From positions 101,804,001 through 101,868,000 of the forward strand of contig NC_043001.1 of the NCBI RefSeq assembly GCF_006345805.1: DNA of 64,000 bases, read 5' to 3'. The notes below the pieces were generated by a model. It was given only the letters and a program-made list of their open reading frames with translations, was not told where the DNA came from and did no database searches. The stretch comes from Octopus sinensis. Its lineage: Eukaryota. The translations under genes and the position numbers were made by a program. Positions 24,114-37,599 of the stretch are shown in pieces (within the stretch, counting starts at the first letter, position 1; the number at the start of each line of letters is the position of its first letter).

Positions 24114-24115
24114 CG
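23900..24115 (+). mobile_element. RTE-type 3' end (family B)
   Basis: GGTTGGCATTAGGAAGGGCATCCAGCTG...CCATGCCAGCATGGAAAGC (GAT)n. Confidence 0.8.
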
Positions 24116-24529
24116 ATGCAACAATGACTATGATTACGACGATGATGATGATGATTAGAAGCGGAAATTGAGTCAACTAAAAACAATCAGGTATTGAAAC
24201 CACAATATCTTGCAGCAAGCTGTGGCCCTTCTGCTCTATCACACTCTGCACATAATAAAATGAAATATCAATAAAATAGATACAAAAAAAAAACATAATT
24301 ACTTCTCTATAAGAATAAATATAGGAAACATTATGAAGCAGGAGAAAAAAAAAATTATGTTTCTGGTAATTTTACCATTTTTCTATTGCAAAATTTGTCA
24401 AGCTTTATATTTAAAAACAGGAAAAAAAAATTGTAAGGTTTGTACAATTCCCCTCCTCACCAAAGAAAAAAAACAGAAAGAAGTAATGGAAGGAAATTTT
24501 TTAAAAATTAAAGACAAAATAAACTACCA

Positions 24530-24569
<40 letters not shown>

Positions 24570-25104
24570 GTTATTTTATTTCTTGAAGCAAAATTATTGA
24601 AATAAGTTAGTATTAACATCAAGCTACCAAAATTATATCTAATTTAAAGAAATACTGCTTAAAAACAGTTTTCACTTTGAAATATCTTTGAATTTTTGGC
24701 TTTTCATCACGTTTCCTTTTTATTCAAATCTTGTTATTGTTGTTGCTGCTGTTGTTATTGTTGTTATTGTTGTTGCTGCTGCTTCTGCTGCTGTTGTTGT
24801 TTGTACATTATCCTTTACGTTTTTTACATTTCCCTTTTCACAAGAAATTCACTACAAGCGATCAGCAGCTGCAAATACAGCAGCACTAAATTACAAGATG
24901 GCCAGATTACAGAGAAATATTTTGGAGAAAAAGAGAGACAGAAAGAAGCAGAGTGGCACCAGTACTGAAGATCTGCCTCATTACTTTATCGAAGATCATT
25001 ACAGACTAGAGCAAAACTCTGTAGCACTTTCAAGTTTCTCTCAGAAAACAAACACAAAAAATTATTGATGAAACAATATTTGTCATTACTAATTAATCAT
25101 GGAA

Positions 25105-25153
25105 TGATTCAAAGACATACAAATCATTATATATATATTTATAATATATATAC

Positions 25154-25225
<72 letters not shown>

Positions 25226-25303
25226 GTATGTATTATATATATATATTATATATATATATATATATATGTATGTATATATATATGTATATATATATATATA
25301 TAA

Positions 25304-25338
<35 letters not shown>

Positions 25339-25358
25339 GAGTGTGTGTGTGTATGTAT

Positions 25359-25411
<53 letters not shown>

Positions 25412-26186
25412 GTATATATATATGTATTATTTTCTTAAACATATACATATATGTACATCTATAGGCATATATATATTATATGCATTTTATGTGCATTATA
25501 TATATGTGTGTGTTTGTGTGTATAGATAAATATGATGTATATGTATCTGCAATATATATTTTTAGGTATATGGATACGGATATGTATACATGTACATATA
25601 TTAATACATATACACAAACAGCCATATATACAAAATATAAATGTTAACAAATTCATAACTGCATATGTAGTATGTATAAGAAGAGGTATACATACCCATT
25701 TTTATATTTACATACATATACATACACACTCATATAAATATATATGCATATATATCTGTATTTATCTGTATATGTTGTTGACTTTATATACATAAGTATA
25801 TACAAATATATCTATTCATTTATGTGTGTGTGTATATTTATATGTATGTATGTATGTATGCACGTGTATATTTTTAAATATATATGTCTGTATGTGTGCA
25901 TAATCATATCACACATTATCAATCTATACTCTCTGTGCTTGTATATATGTGTATATAAAGACACACCATCACACTTAAGCAATAATATGAGTATATTTAT
26001 TGAAATTGCAGCGTAATATTGATACACAAATTTGTACGTTGAGTTTCCTTTCAATTTTACATGCAGAGATGATTGTTTAAATTTTCATACAGACTTTTCC
26101 TCTTAATGGTATGTCTCCATATTTACACTTCTATAATTATCTATTCATATGTACAATCATATATATGCCTTTACACATACATGCAT

Positions 26187-26223
<37 letters not shown>

Positions 26224-26228
26224 CATAC

Positions 26229-26261
<33 letters not shown>

Positions 26262-26470
26262 TATATATATATATATATTACACATATATATATACATATA
26301 TATATACACATATATATACACATATATATATACATATACATATATATATATATATATATAGCTAGATAGATAGATACATAGAGAGAGAGAATGAGAAAGA
26401 CAGACAGAGAAAGATAGATAGATACATATACATATACATACATACATACATACATACATACATACATACA

Positions 26471-26502
<32 letters not shown>

Positions 26503-26781
26503 CATAAGTTAGGCATGGCCTGGGCCAATACTGGCCGAAACCTATCAAAGTATACATTCATTTATATATATATATATATACATACATACATACATACATA
26601 CATACATACATAAATATATATACATACATATATATATATATGTATATATACACACACATATATGTGTATGCATGTATGTGCACACTGTCATATTTAAATC
26701 TGAATATAAGTATATTTAATGAAATTGCAAAATATTGAAACAAATTCATATATGCGTACATACATACACATACACACACAT

Positions 26782-26841
<60 letters not shown>

Positions 26842-26960
26842 ATATGTATGTATTGATATATATTCATGTATATAAATATATGCATATATATATATATACA
26901 CATACTTATGTATATACATACACACACACACACATGCACATATATATTATATATATATGT

Positions 26961-27022
<62 letters not shown>

Positions 27023-27043
27023 GTATATATATATATATGTATA

Positions 27044-27093
<50 letters not shown>

Positions 27094-27102
27094 ATATGTT
27101 AT

Positions 27103-27150
<48 letters not shown>

Positions 27151-28509
27151 AACATATAAGCAGGAACAGATATATATATATAATATGTATATATGTCTCT
27201 ACATATGTTCATGTTTGTATGTCATTAAGTTAATGAAGACTGTCAAAGATTAAATAATATTTTCCATTGTTTTTTTTTAATCGAACTTTTCCCCAGTGTC
27301 CTCAATAGTTCACTGAGACTCCGATTCTATTAAACACTTCTTCCAAACTAATTACGATTCTACAAACTTCTATCTCAACTCTCTATCTCTAGTTCGCTTC
27401 ATCGCATGAACATATGCATGCACATACTCTTTCACGTATACAAGAATGCATTTATAGGTATATGTATATACATGCACACACATATTTACATATGTATGTA
27501 GCTATAAATGTATATGCATATATGTATGTATGTATATATATATATATATATTATATATATATATACATATATATATATAAATACATGCACACATACATGT
27601 ATGTATGTATGTATGTCTATATATATATATATACATACAAATATATCTGTATGTATATACATAAACAAGCTCACACATCAATGTCCACACAGTTCACAAA
27701 CACATTCACACACTTATGTGTATACATATATATATGTATACACATATATATATGTGTGTATATATGTATATGTATGTATATATGTATATACACATACAAG
27801 TGTATATATGTATACTTATATATATATACACATATGCATGTATACATGTGTATATATACATAAGTAAATATGTATGTATATATATTTGTTTGTATGTGCG
27901 TGAGTGTGTTTCTGTGTATGTGTGTGTATACTTACACACACACATACACATGCACACACATTTATATTCATGGAGGTATAAGAACTAAGAGACTTTCTGA
28001 CTGCAAAAAGTTCTTGTGTTCTTTGATAGTACAATTATCAATAATAATACTTAATGTTTGGTGGAATATTATAATTGCATTTACACATCTCTAGATTTTG
28101 TGGCTCTGTGTTTATGTATAAATTTGTGTATATATTTTTGGCTGTGTGTATGAGTGGTTTTATATGAATATATACAATGTGCGTTTTTGCATGTGTTTAT
28201 TTTTCTATATAATGTGAAAATATCTGCGAAAAATGTATCTGCCTATAGATGTGTGTGTATGTATATCCATATATATATGTGTGTGTGTATTTGCTTAGAA
28301 ATATTTCAAAGTGTAAATGCACATAAAATATATATGCAGCCTGTACGTGTGATATGAGCTATGTATGTACGATGGTGATAAGGAGGGAGATATATGTACA
28401 TGCAACATATTTTACATACACACATATACACATATAATATATATGCACAATGTATATATTTATGTATATATATATACATATCTATATATATAATCAATGT
28501 GTGTATGTA

Positions 28510-28554
<45 letters not shown>

Positions 28555-28603
28555 TTTATGTAAATATATATATATATACGTATATATACATATATATATA
28601 CAT

Positions 28604-28635
<32 letters not shown>

Positions 28636-28736
28636 TATATTGTTATATTTTATCATATTATATTATATATTAGAAGTATGTGTTTGTGCACATTATACAC
28701 GATTATGTGTATATATATATATAGACAGATAGATAG

Positions 28737-28781
<45 letters not shown>

Positions 28782-28790
28782 ATATGTGTG
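25105..28790. repeat. Large (TA)n/(CA)n/(TACA)n microsatellite field with small unique islands
   Basis: Direct inspection. Confidence 0.9.
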
Positions 28791-29639
28791 TAAGTTTATT
28801 TTCTGAAACATTTTATAAAAAGCAAAAAACACCATCATTAGAATATTTTCTGAAGAATATTTGGGGGGGGAAAAAAACATTGAAGGAAATAATATTTAAG
28901 CTTTGCTTTAAAAATCCTTTAATTTGAGAATAAAATAACAAAAAAACAACTACAATAAGTATATTATCAACAACATCAAAATGGATTTTAGAAGAGATAA
29001 AAAAAAAACATATTTCTGGTTTGTTTTTTTTTTACTTATACTTTTGTTAATATACTTTAACAGAAACAAACACAATAGTTATTATCTCTGATATATTTTG
29101 ATTTTCTCTCAGCTTCTTTTCTCCTTTTTCTTTTTTTGATGTTGTTCTTGTTGTAGCTGCTGCTGTTGCTGCTGCTGCTGCTGTGACCTGTGGATAAATC
29201 TATGTGAAACTGGGGTCCCAAGGCATATCCATCAATGGCAGGCTACTCTATAGTTTAAATCAGAATTGATGGTTCTCTTCTTTGACCTCCTTGCTTCAAA
29301 GGCTTTTTAAGTGCCTTCAAGAAGACTCTGGAACAGTTTATTCATTTAATATATTTTTATTGTTCGGTTTTCCTTCTTTTCGGGTTTTTATATATATTTA
29401 TTTTATTTATTTTTTTATTAATATAATTTATTTTTTCTATTGAGAAAGAGAAGTAGTAGAACCCAGAACCAAATGCTTTGCATTTTCTGGTTTCATCCTC
29501 CGATGTTCCAAGTTCAAATTCCACCAAATACTTGCCTCTTTCTACCAGCAATCTGACCATCTCTAACTATGAACAGCCTCACTAGAAATTTTTATTTTAA
29601 TCTCAAAATAATAAATCTGTTAGTATATTACAATGATAT

Positions 29640-29792
29640 ACTTAGCAATTTGGCTAACGGAGACTGATAGAATAAGTACCAGCCTTTAAAAAAATGTAAT
29701 AAATTCTGGGATCAATTCATTCAACTAAAAATTCTTCAAGGTGGTGCCTCAGCATGGCCACAGTCTAATGACTGAAACAAGTAAAAAGATAG
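29640..29792 (+). mobile_element. SINE family C, 3' part
   Basis: GATAGAATAAGTACCAG...AAGGTGGTGCCTCAGCATGGCCACAGTCTAATGACTGAAACAAG. Confidence 0.75.
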
Positions 29793-29829
29793 AGGATTAA
29801 AGAAATTCATTTCTACAGCAAAACTCTCT

Positions 29830-31300
29830 GAAGTGAAATTCCTCACATTATCTGATTTTCCCCTTTACACCTGAAAGGTGAGTGATCAAAACAATTGTTG
29901 TACACCATGTTTGTATTGGGTTAACTAGTCACCTTTTCTGCAATGTACTAAACCTACAGTCTTTTAGTGCATCCAAAATACTATTCCAGTCCCCCAATAG
30001 TACTAAAGAGTGAGATATTCCCAAGAATGTTTCTAGACGCCTGAAGAAATCTAGCCTTCCAGCCCCTGTCAGGTGATAAACTGCTACCTGTCCAAAGGCA
30101 CCACCTTCACTGCCATTAACATCCAGACCACCACCTTACCATCCACGTGCAAGAAGATAGGTCGTACTTGGAGATCAATGGATATTTGGAGTAGCACTGC
30201 TACACCGCCACTTGCTCCCAATAGACCACAGGATTAAAATATCTTGTAGTCCCCGGAAATGAATGCTAGAGCAAGCTTTCTGGAAATTCCTGTTTCACTA
30301 ATGGTGGCCACATCTAAATCAAGCAGCACGAGATCAATGAGCAAGTGACCTTGCTTCCAAGCTGATCCCAGGTCTCACACATTTGCACACCCCACTCTCA
30401 GCTCAATCATGTTAGTGAGAGAAAGAAAAAGGGGTCCCTCACCTTGATTTTCAAGAAGCCCAGATTTTGGGAGCCTCTCTACTGGCCAAAGGTTTTTTAA
30501 AAGGCCCTTCCAAAAGCCTTTTGTTAATTAATTTTTTTTTAAATCCCCACATTATATGAAAATTTTTCACAGAGTGTCTTATAAACATCTGATGACATTT
30601 TAACTAATAGCCTGTCCTTCAAGATTTTGAGGATGAAATCCTCAAATTCCTTTCCCTCTGTCTCAATTTTGCTTTTATTTTGATTTACAAAACCCATTAA
30701 TTCACTGTCGCATTTGTTTACAGCAGTGGAATTGATGGATCCATTTCGCCAACAACTGGAAGTATTTTCTTGTTTTTGCACTTTCTTTATTGGCTGTTTC
30801 TGTTGATGATGTTGCTGTTTTTGTAGTTGTTCACGTTCTTGTTATAGTATTTGTGCATCTTTTTGTTGTGTTTTTAGCATAGGGCTGTGAACCCTCCTCT
30901 TCTTTCATTTTCTTCCTTTTGTCCATTATTCAGTCTGCTCTTCTTTCTCCATGCCATTGCTGTCGTTGGCTTGGTAAGCAGGGCGTTCAGGAGAAGCTTG
31001 CTTTTCCATGGCAACTGGGAGTAAACTCTTTCATTGTCTTGGTGTGGGTGTGGGCGTTTTGAGCATGTCAGCATCATTTTGTGTTTGTGGTGTTTGTAGA
31101 GTTGACAGAGGTTGGAGTGTTGTTTTCCATGTTTGAGGTCAGAAAGCTTTAAGTGAATCACAGATCCACATATGTGGCATCTTGGTTTTCTACCTGCCAC
31201 TAACACTGACAGGTGAGAGCCATCTGGAAGGTCCATTAGGTCAAGTTGCTCATCAGTTACAGGTTTGCTTATATTGTAAAGTCAGTTCCATATCTGTACC
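29830..31300 (-). mobile_element. L1/Tx1-type LINE remnant: ORF1 zinc knuckle plus ORF2 APE endonuclease N-terminus
   Basis: ORF1 GRKPRCHICGSVIHL (CCHC-like, last Cys lost). ORF2 from ATG at 30410: MIELRVGCANV*..LDVATISET..SGGVAVLL..AVY..FF..L..LVLLGDWN (GDWN at 29983-29994). Confidence 0.8.
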
Positions 31301-31354
31301 TAACAAGTTTCATTCAGGTATTTTCAACTGGTATTTATTTTGTCAACACCAACA

Positions 31355-31710
31355 TCAAAATAAAAATCAAATGGAAATTGTAGTTAAGACACCTGTGCCG
31401 GTCACACGTAAAAAGCACCGTCCGAACATAGCAGATGCCAGCGCTGCCTGACTGGTGTCTGTTTCATTGACACATAACAGCACCAACCGATCATGGCCGT
31501 TTGCCAGCCTCTTCTGGCCCCTGTGTCGGTGGTACGTTAAAAACACCCACTACACTCATGGAATGGTTGGCGTTAGGAAGGGCATCTAGCTGTAGAAACT
31601 CTACCAGATCAGACTGAAGCCTGGTGCAGCCTCCATAGCTTACCAGACCCTGGTCAAACCGTCCAATCCATGCTTGCATGGAAAATGGACATTAAATGAT
31701 GATGATGATG
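31355..31710 (+). mobile_element. RTE-type 3' end (family B)
   Basis: GTGCCGG..CACGTAAAAAGCACC units, GGTTGGCGTTAGGAAGGGCATC, (GAT)n tail. Confidence 0.8.
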
Positions 31711-32050
31711 AACCTGGAAAGAATGGGAAGTAAAAATCGACTTCCTTGGAACTGTGGAATTTAAACTGTGGATGTTAAGAGCTAGAAAACAAGCTGCTAG
31801 GCATTCTCTTTGATAATTTAACAATTCTTTCCACTTGCTGCCTCGCACACCAAACTAAATGCCTTGCACTTATTTGATCTTTTTTTTTATATATATTCTG
31901 AGAGCAAACACTGCTCAGCTAAAATGTCTTTCATTCTTTCTGGGTTAAGGACTCAGCTTAATGGTATTAATTAATCCCTTTTCCTCAAAATTGCTGGTCT
32001 TGTACCTAAATGAGGAACCTTAGATCATATTATTATCATTATTATTATTA

Positions 32051-32428
32051 TTAGCAGTATCGCTCAGGTTTGTTTTGACCCTTTAGAATTGGAATTTTTG
32101 AAAAGTAAAAATTTTGCATTATGTAGCTTATTATTCTCTTTAAGTGAACATTTTTCTGGTTGAAATACACTGAAAAATGGCGACACAGCAGTAAAAAAAT
32201 TGTAAAAATAGGGATTTTCACAGAAAAAAAGCACCTTTTTTATGTAAATAATTATTGATGTTATCATGGTCCGATTTGAATTTCTCCTACGGAAGGAAGA
32301 GCAAGCCTTCTTCTATCATACTCTCAATTTTGGTCAACTTGCACCGCAGGGTCTCAGAGGAGATAGTGTTAGTTGAAGGCTACCAAACCTGCCAGACACA
32401 GACAACTTCAGCTTTATATAAATAGAGA
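32051..32428 (-). mobile_element. Non-autonomous Helitron related at its termini to 4482-4837
   Basis: Minus strand starts A|TCTCTATTTATATAAAGCTGAAGTTGTCTGTG and ends ACAAACCTGAGCGATACTGCTAA|T (hairpin partly deleted). Confidence 0.7.
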
Positions 32429-32719
32429 TTATCATCATCATCATTATTGTTGTTGTTGTTGTTATTATTATTATTATTATTATTATTAATCTATATCTTT
32501 AAAACAGTCCTTGGACGAAAATTGTATGCACATTTTGCTTTGACGATTAATGGTGGCCAAACCGAGGCTAGGATCGAGCTGAAAATTAGCAGGCATACTA
32601 AATGCGTGGTGAGGATGAGACCCGTGATGGTTAAAATTCACAAGCTATAAAGATGTGGTTGCTATGGCAAAAAGAGTGATTTTTTATCGATCCAAGGGGG
32701 CCCTCTAGGTCAACTTGCT

Positions 32720-33890
32720 ATGCCTACTCACAATATGTGAGGTTGTTTCATTTCTGCTGCTACACATCCTACTAAGGGGTGATTCACTATTCTTATCTAT
32801 TCGGAACTTGGTGTAATTAGTTCTCAGAGTTTGTTCCTGAGCGCTGCATATCAATGCCTCAGTGCATCCTTTCAGATCACTTTCCCTTAGCCATCTCCAA
32901 GTGTTGGGCTTGTCTTTTCTTTGATTTCTCTGAGATATGGTCTCATTTTCCAGTTGTTTACTCTTTATTCTTCATCTTGTTTCTTAAATATTTGTGGGTG
33001 CATCACATTTTTGGTCGGTATCATATAGTTAATTCTAACAGTGGCAAGCAAGGTTTCACTATATTGTTTGATGTACCATCCCAGATTGTTCTTCTTATTG
33101 ACACTATGGATTTTGCATCCTACGAGACCTCTTCCACCCGTATTTCTAGGCACATACAGTCTGTCAGTATTGTTTCTGAGGTGTAGTTCTTTGTTAATTG
33201 TCATCACTTTTCCAGTTTCCCAGTCCATTTCCTCAAGCTCATTCTTTCTCCACCAATCAAAACCTGTGCCATATCACATTAAGGAAGCAGCCCATGTGTT
33301 CATTGCTCTGATTTTGGGTTTTTTCCATTGAGTCTACTTCCCATAAATAACTTGGTTCTTCACTCTCCCATTTCACTTCCCTTAATTTTGGTGTATTCTA
33401 AAATCCCCAGATATTTGTATCCATTAGTCTCAATATCCTTGATTTCCTCACCGTTGGGCAGCTCTACACCATCAGACGACACTGCTTTGCCTCTTTGTAT
33501 TATAAGCATACCACACTTTTTAGTCCCAAATTCCATTCCAATCTCCTAACTGAATATCTGCACTGTTGAAACTAGGCCATTTATTTCACATTCGGTCTTT
33601 CCAAAGATCTTTAAATCATCCATCTACTACATGTGATTTAATTTTACTCCAATCATCAAGGGGTACCCCAATGTCACTTTCCATAGTATCTGCATGAGGG
33701 GTATCAAACAAATCACAAACAGCAAAGGTGATAGGATATCTCCTTGAAATATGCCTTTCTTGATGTTAACTCTCACCAAAAATTTTCCACATAAAGTTAA
33801 CTCTGTATTCCAGTTTTACATTGATTTCCTAACAAAGTTCGATACGTTATCACTCATCTGTACCAGCTCTAGACTTTCTACAAAGTTATT
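32720..33890 (-). mobile_element. R4/Dong-type RT remnant
   Basis: KKGIFQGDILSPLLFVICLIP, MDDLKIFGK, YKYLGILE, RLYVPRNTGGRGL. Confidence 0.85.
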
Positions 33891-33899
33891 GTTATCATT

Positions 33900-34281
33900 T
33901 CTTTTGTCATAGGAGTCTTGCATGCATAGCAGGCTTACTACCTCCAGCCTAAAGTACCTTGTTATTCATTCTTTTCAACTACCTAATACTTTCCTGACAT
34001 ATTCTGGCCATACCAAGGAGGCAAACCTTTCGTAACAGTTCTACTGAGCACTCTATTCCAATTTCCTTTATATTCCTCTTGATGCCTTCTGATACTGTCC
34101 CCAAGGACCCAACAATATCTTCACCTTCTTAATTTCAGTAGCTGAGGTATTTCGTACTTAAGAGGGTTATATCTATCTATCTTTTCGTCTTCCTTCTTGA
34201 CTATTTGTGGGTCAAAGGGGCATGCAACATCAACTATATAACACATGTGGTGCATCTTGTCAACCACAACTAGATCCAATC

Positions 34282-34282
<1 letters not shown>
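33900..34282 (-). mobile_element. R4/Dong-type RLE endonuclease/3' remnant
   Basis: RLDLVVVDKMHHMCYIVDVACPFD motif; abuts (ATT)n. Confidence 0.7.
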
Positions 34283-34323
<41 letters not shown>

Positions 34324-34672
34324 GTAGTTTTATTTTTATAGCGTGCTTTCACCACTACTGAGCACAGCTCTGTGTGCCTTGGGTATGTGCTGTGATTTGT
34401 TGTGATGCTCTGATGGTTACTGTATTATTATTATTACTATTTTATTTTTTGGTACTTCTATATTCTATGCATTTGTCTCCTCTTTCCCAATGTACACCAT
34501 GTATACATTTTTATTTATTTTTTGAAATCTAAATTTTTTTTATTTATCATTTCATTACTATATGTAAATCCCCACACTTTAATGTCTGTCTCTGTATTGT
34601 CCCCCTCATCTTTCGCCTCCGTGGCGAATAAATGAAATCATCATCATTATTATTAGTAGTAGTAGTAGTAGT

Positions 34673-34704
<32 letters not shown>

Positions 34705-34739
34705 CATCAGCAGCAGCAGCAGTATTTCTATTATTATTA

Positions 34740-34952
34740 AGGCGGCAAGTTGGCAGAATCGTTAGCATGCCAGATTAAATGCTTAGTGGCATTTTGCCTG
34801 TCATTCTGTTCTAGGTTCAAATGTTGCCAAGGTCATCTTAGCCTTTCATCCTTTCAGGGTCAATAAAATGAGTACCAGTCAAGTACTGGGGTTGATATAA
34901 TCAACCAGTCCCCACCACTGATATTTCAGGCTTTGCGACTATAATAGAAAGG
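34740..34952 (+). mobile_element. SINE family A (alternative tail)
   Basis: GGCGGCAAGTTGGCAGAATCGTTAGC...GCCTTTCATCCTTTCAGGGTCAATAAAATGAGTACC. Confidence 0.8.
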
Positions 34953-34959
34953 GTTATTA

Positions 34960-35660
34960 TCATTATTGTTATCATTTTATTGCCTTTGCACTGCTTCTAA
35001 TGCTGGAGATGTACTATGGTGCCAGCTGTTCACTACCAGTGAACTAAGGTAACACCCCTTATTTTTTGAGCACCATCTGGAGTATTTGAGCAGTTCCAAG
35101 CAGTGCTGTTTTCTGCAAGTGCTCCACTCTTATTGCAGCCCCTATTTGTTCCGTGTTCTACTCAAGATTTTTACTCACTGTTTCCAGGGCTCCGGCAATT
35201 ATTGGTACTACTACCACCTTTTTCATCGACCACAACTGCTTAACCTCCCAAGCTAACCTGTCATATCTATCGACTTTTCTTTCTTCCTTATAGCATACCT
35301 TGTCGTCAGCTGGGCATGCTATATCTATGATTCAGCATAGTTTGTGTTCTTTCTCAATTAACACTATATCTGGCTGCCTATTCTCTATCTCATGGTCGCA
35401 CTGAATCATAAAATCCCACAGGATCTTTGCATTTCTATTTTCGACGATGCCTTCAGGTTTGTGGTTGTACTAATTTTTTGCTCTGTCAAGTCCATACTTG
35501 TTGCAAAGTGTCCAATGGACAATCCTTGCTATATTGTCGTGGTATCTCTTATAGTCCTTTTGGGCTAGAGGCATACATTGGCTGGTAATATGCCATACAG
35601 TTTCACCGTTTTGTCCACAGATTCTGTACTTATCACCTTCTGATGTGTTGTCTATTCTAT
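34960..35660 (-). mobile_element. R4/Dong-type C-terminal remnant plus 3' UTR
   Basis: RICGQNGETVWHITSQCMPLA..YKRYHDNIARIVHW, KILWDF.IQCDH, PDIVL, VEHLQKTALLGTA. Confidence 0.85.
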
Positions 35661-35681
35661 TATTATTATTATTATCATCAT

Positions 35682-35967
35682 TGGCCCAGTGGTTAGGGCA
35701 TTGCATTCGTGATTGATAGACCGTGGTTTCAATTCCTAGACTGGGTGGTGCATTGTGGTCTTGAGCAAAACACTTCATCTCACGTTGCTCTACGATCACT
35801 TTGACACTTTGTGCATGGCACACCATGGCACCTGTTCACACAACATCAATTTGATAGAGAGAGTGAGCTAATTTGAGGCACAAATATATGATCACTATAA
35901 ACAAATCATTCGTGCAGATCATTTGACAAAAATTGAATGCTCATACGTTGCCTTTGATGGGAGACCC
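35682..35967 (+). mobile_element. tRNA-derived SINE (E-type head)
   Basis: GGCCCAGTGGTTAGGGC...GGTTTCAATTCC...CTTGAGCAAAACACTTCATCTCAC. Confidence 0.7.
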
Positions 35968-36132
<165 letters not shown>

Positions 36133-36890
36133 TGATGAAAACTCTCAGAGTATTTTGCTGGGTATGGTGCAAAGTGTCAGCTGGCCACAACCAGCAAACT
36201 TAGGGGACACTTGCTTCAAGAACCCTGCAAAGAATTCTTGCAGTCCCAAGCAATGTTGATTTTTGTAGGTGTTCTACCTTCACATTTGTACCAATCTTTT
36301 TGAGCCATTTTGGTATTTGAGCGCTGATACTTCCAAGTGCACCAACTACCATTGCTATCACGTCAGCTCCTTTCATTGCCCACAACCTTCATATTTCCCA
36401 CTTCAAAACATCATAGCTGTTCACTTATTCTTCTTCATTTCCTCTGATCCTGTCATCACCAGGACATGTTATGTCAATTATCAGGCATTTTTCTTTTCAT
36501 TTTTGTTCACCACAACAATGTCAGGTTTCCAATGTTTGATCCGATTGTCACACAGAATCCTTGCATTCCACAGGATTTTGCAGTCTTTATTCTCAGTGAC
36601 TCCTTCTGGGATTTGGTCTTTCCTCTTTGTAGGCTGTAATTTCCACAGAGCCCCTCTCAATGGATTATTCTCAACACATTGTCATGTTGTCTTTTGTATT
36701 GACACTGTGCCAGTTTCAGGCATTCACTAACAATGTGCCATACCAATTCACCCCTCTCACCACACACCCTGCATTTGTCACTCTTGGTAGTGCTGTCCAT
36801 TCTGTACTTCATGTACTTCGTCCTTAACGATTGTTCTGGTGTCATACATATAGATGCTTCTGTTTCTATCGTCATGTCACTCCTCCACAT
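36133..36890 (-). mobile_element. R4/Dong-type C-terminal remnant plus 3' UTR ending in (TAA)n
   Basis: CRVCGERGELVWHIVSECLKLA..YKRQHDNVLRIIH, KPDIVVV, VVGALG, VEHLQKSTLLGTARIL. Confidence 0.85.
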
Positions 36891-37299
36891 CTATAAGCAC
36901 CAGTCTTCTGTATCCCCCCTCTCCCCCCTCTCTCTCTCTCTCTCGTTATCTCTTTCTCTCTCTGCATGTGTGTGTGTATGTTTATCTAAGTGTATATGTT
37001 TGTATATGTATGCATGCCTGTGTGTTTGCAATTCTGTTCCAATTTTATCTCCACAACTCCAGCTTTGGCATTGTTCTTTCCATCACATGACTTTAGTAAA
37101 AGAGGCAAAGTTAAACCCATTACAACAATCTGCAAAGATGCAGCTTCCTCTAAGTTTATTACACTTCACTTCCTAATATTGAATAATATTTCACTTAATT
37201 GTATAAGCCAACATTGTTTACAACATTGTAAACGTCATGTAATCAAATGCAAGTAAACACACCATCTCCTATATATATATATACATACATATGTGCGTG

Positions 37300-37388
<89 letters not shown>

Positions 37389-37394
37389 ATATAT

Positions 37395-37562
37395 AGGAGA
37401 TACACCATGATTGTATCGTTAGCCACTAAACCTTTATTGTTTTCTGTCGAAGAGCATAGGCTCAAAACGTAAAAGACTTTCTCACATCCCAAGCATTAAA
37501 CTAATACATCAGTTTGTTGTTTACACCCCTGTCTTCGTCTTTTGTTTTTTGTAAATTCTCAC

Positions 37563-37565
<3 letters not shown>
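37395..37565 (+). mobile_element. Short Penelope-like terminal fragment in (TA)n with a degenerate hammerhead-like motif
   Basis: CTGTCGAA-GAGC-ATAG-GCTC-AAAA-CGTA; flanked by (TA)n on both sides. Confidence 0.4.

Positions 37566-37599
<34 letters not shown>

Noticed and set aside
26510-26546. Hammerhead-like CTG-GGCCA/TGGCC-GAAAC
   Set aside because: The ANGA part of the core is missing and there is no convincing stem I; single occurrence.
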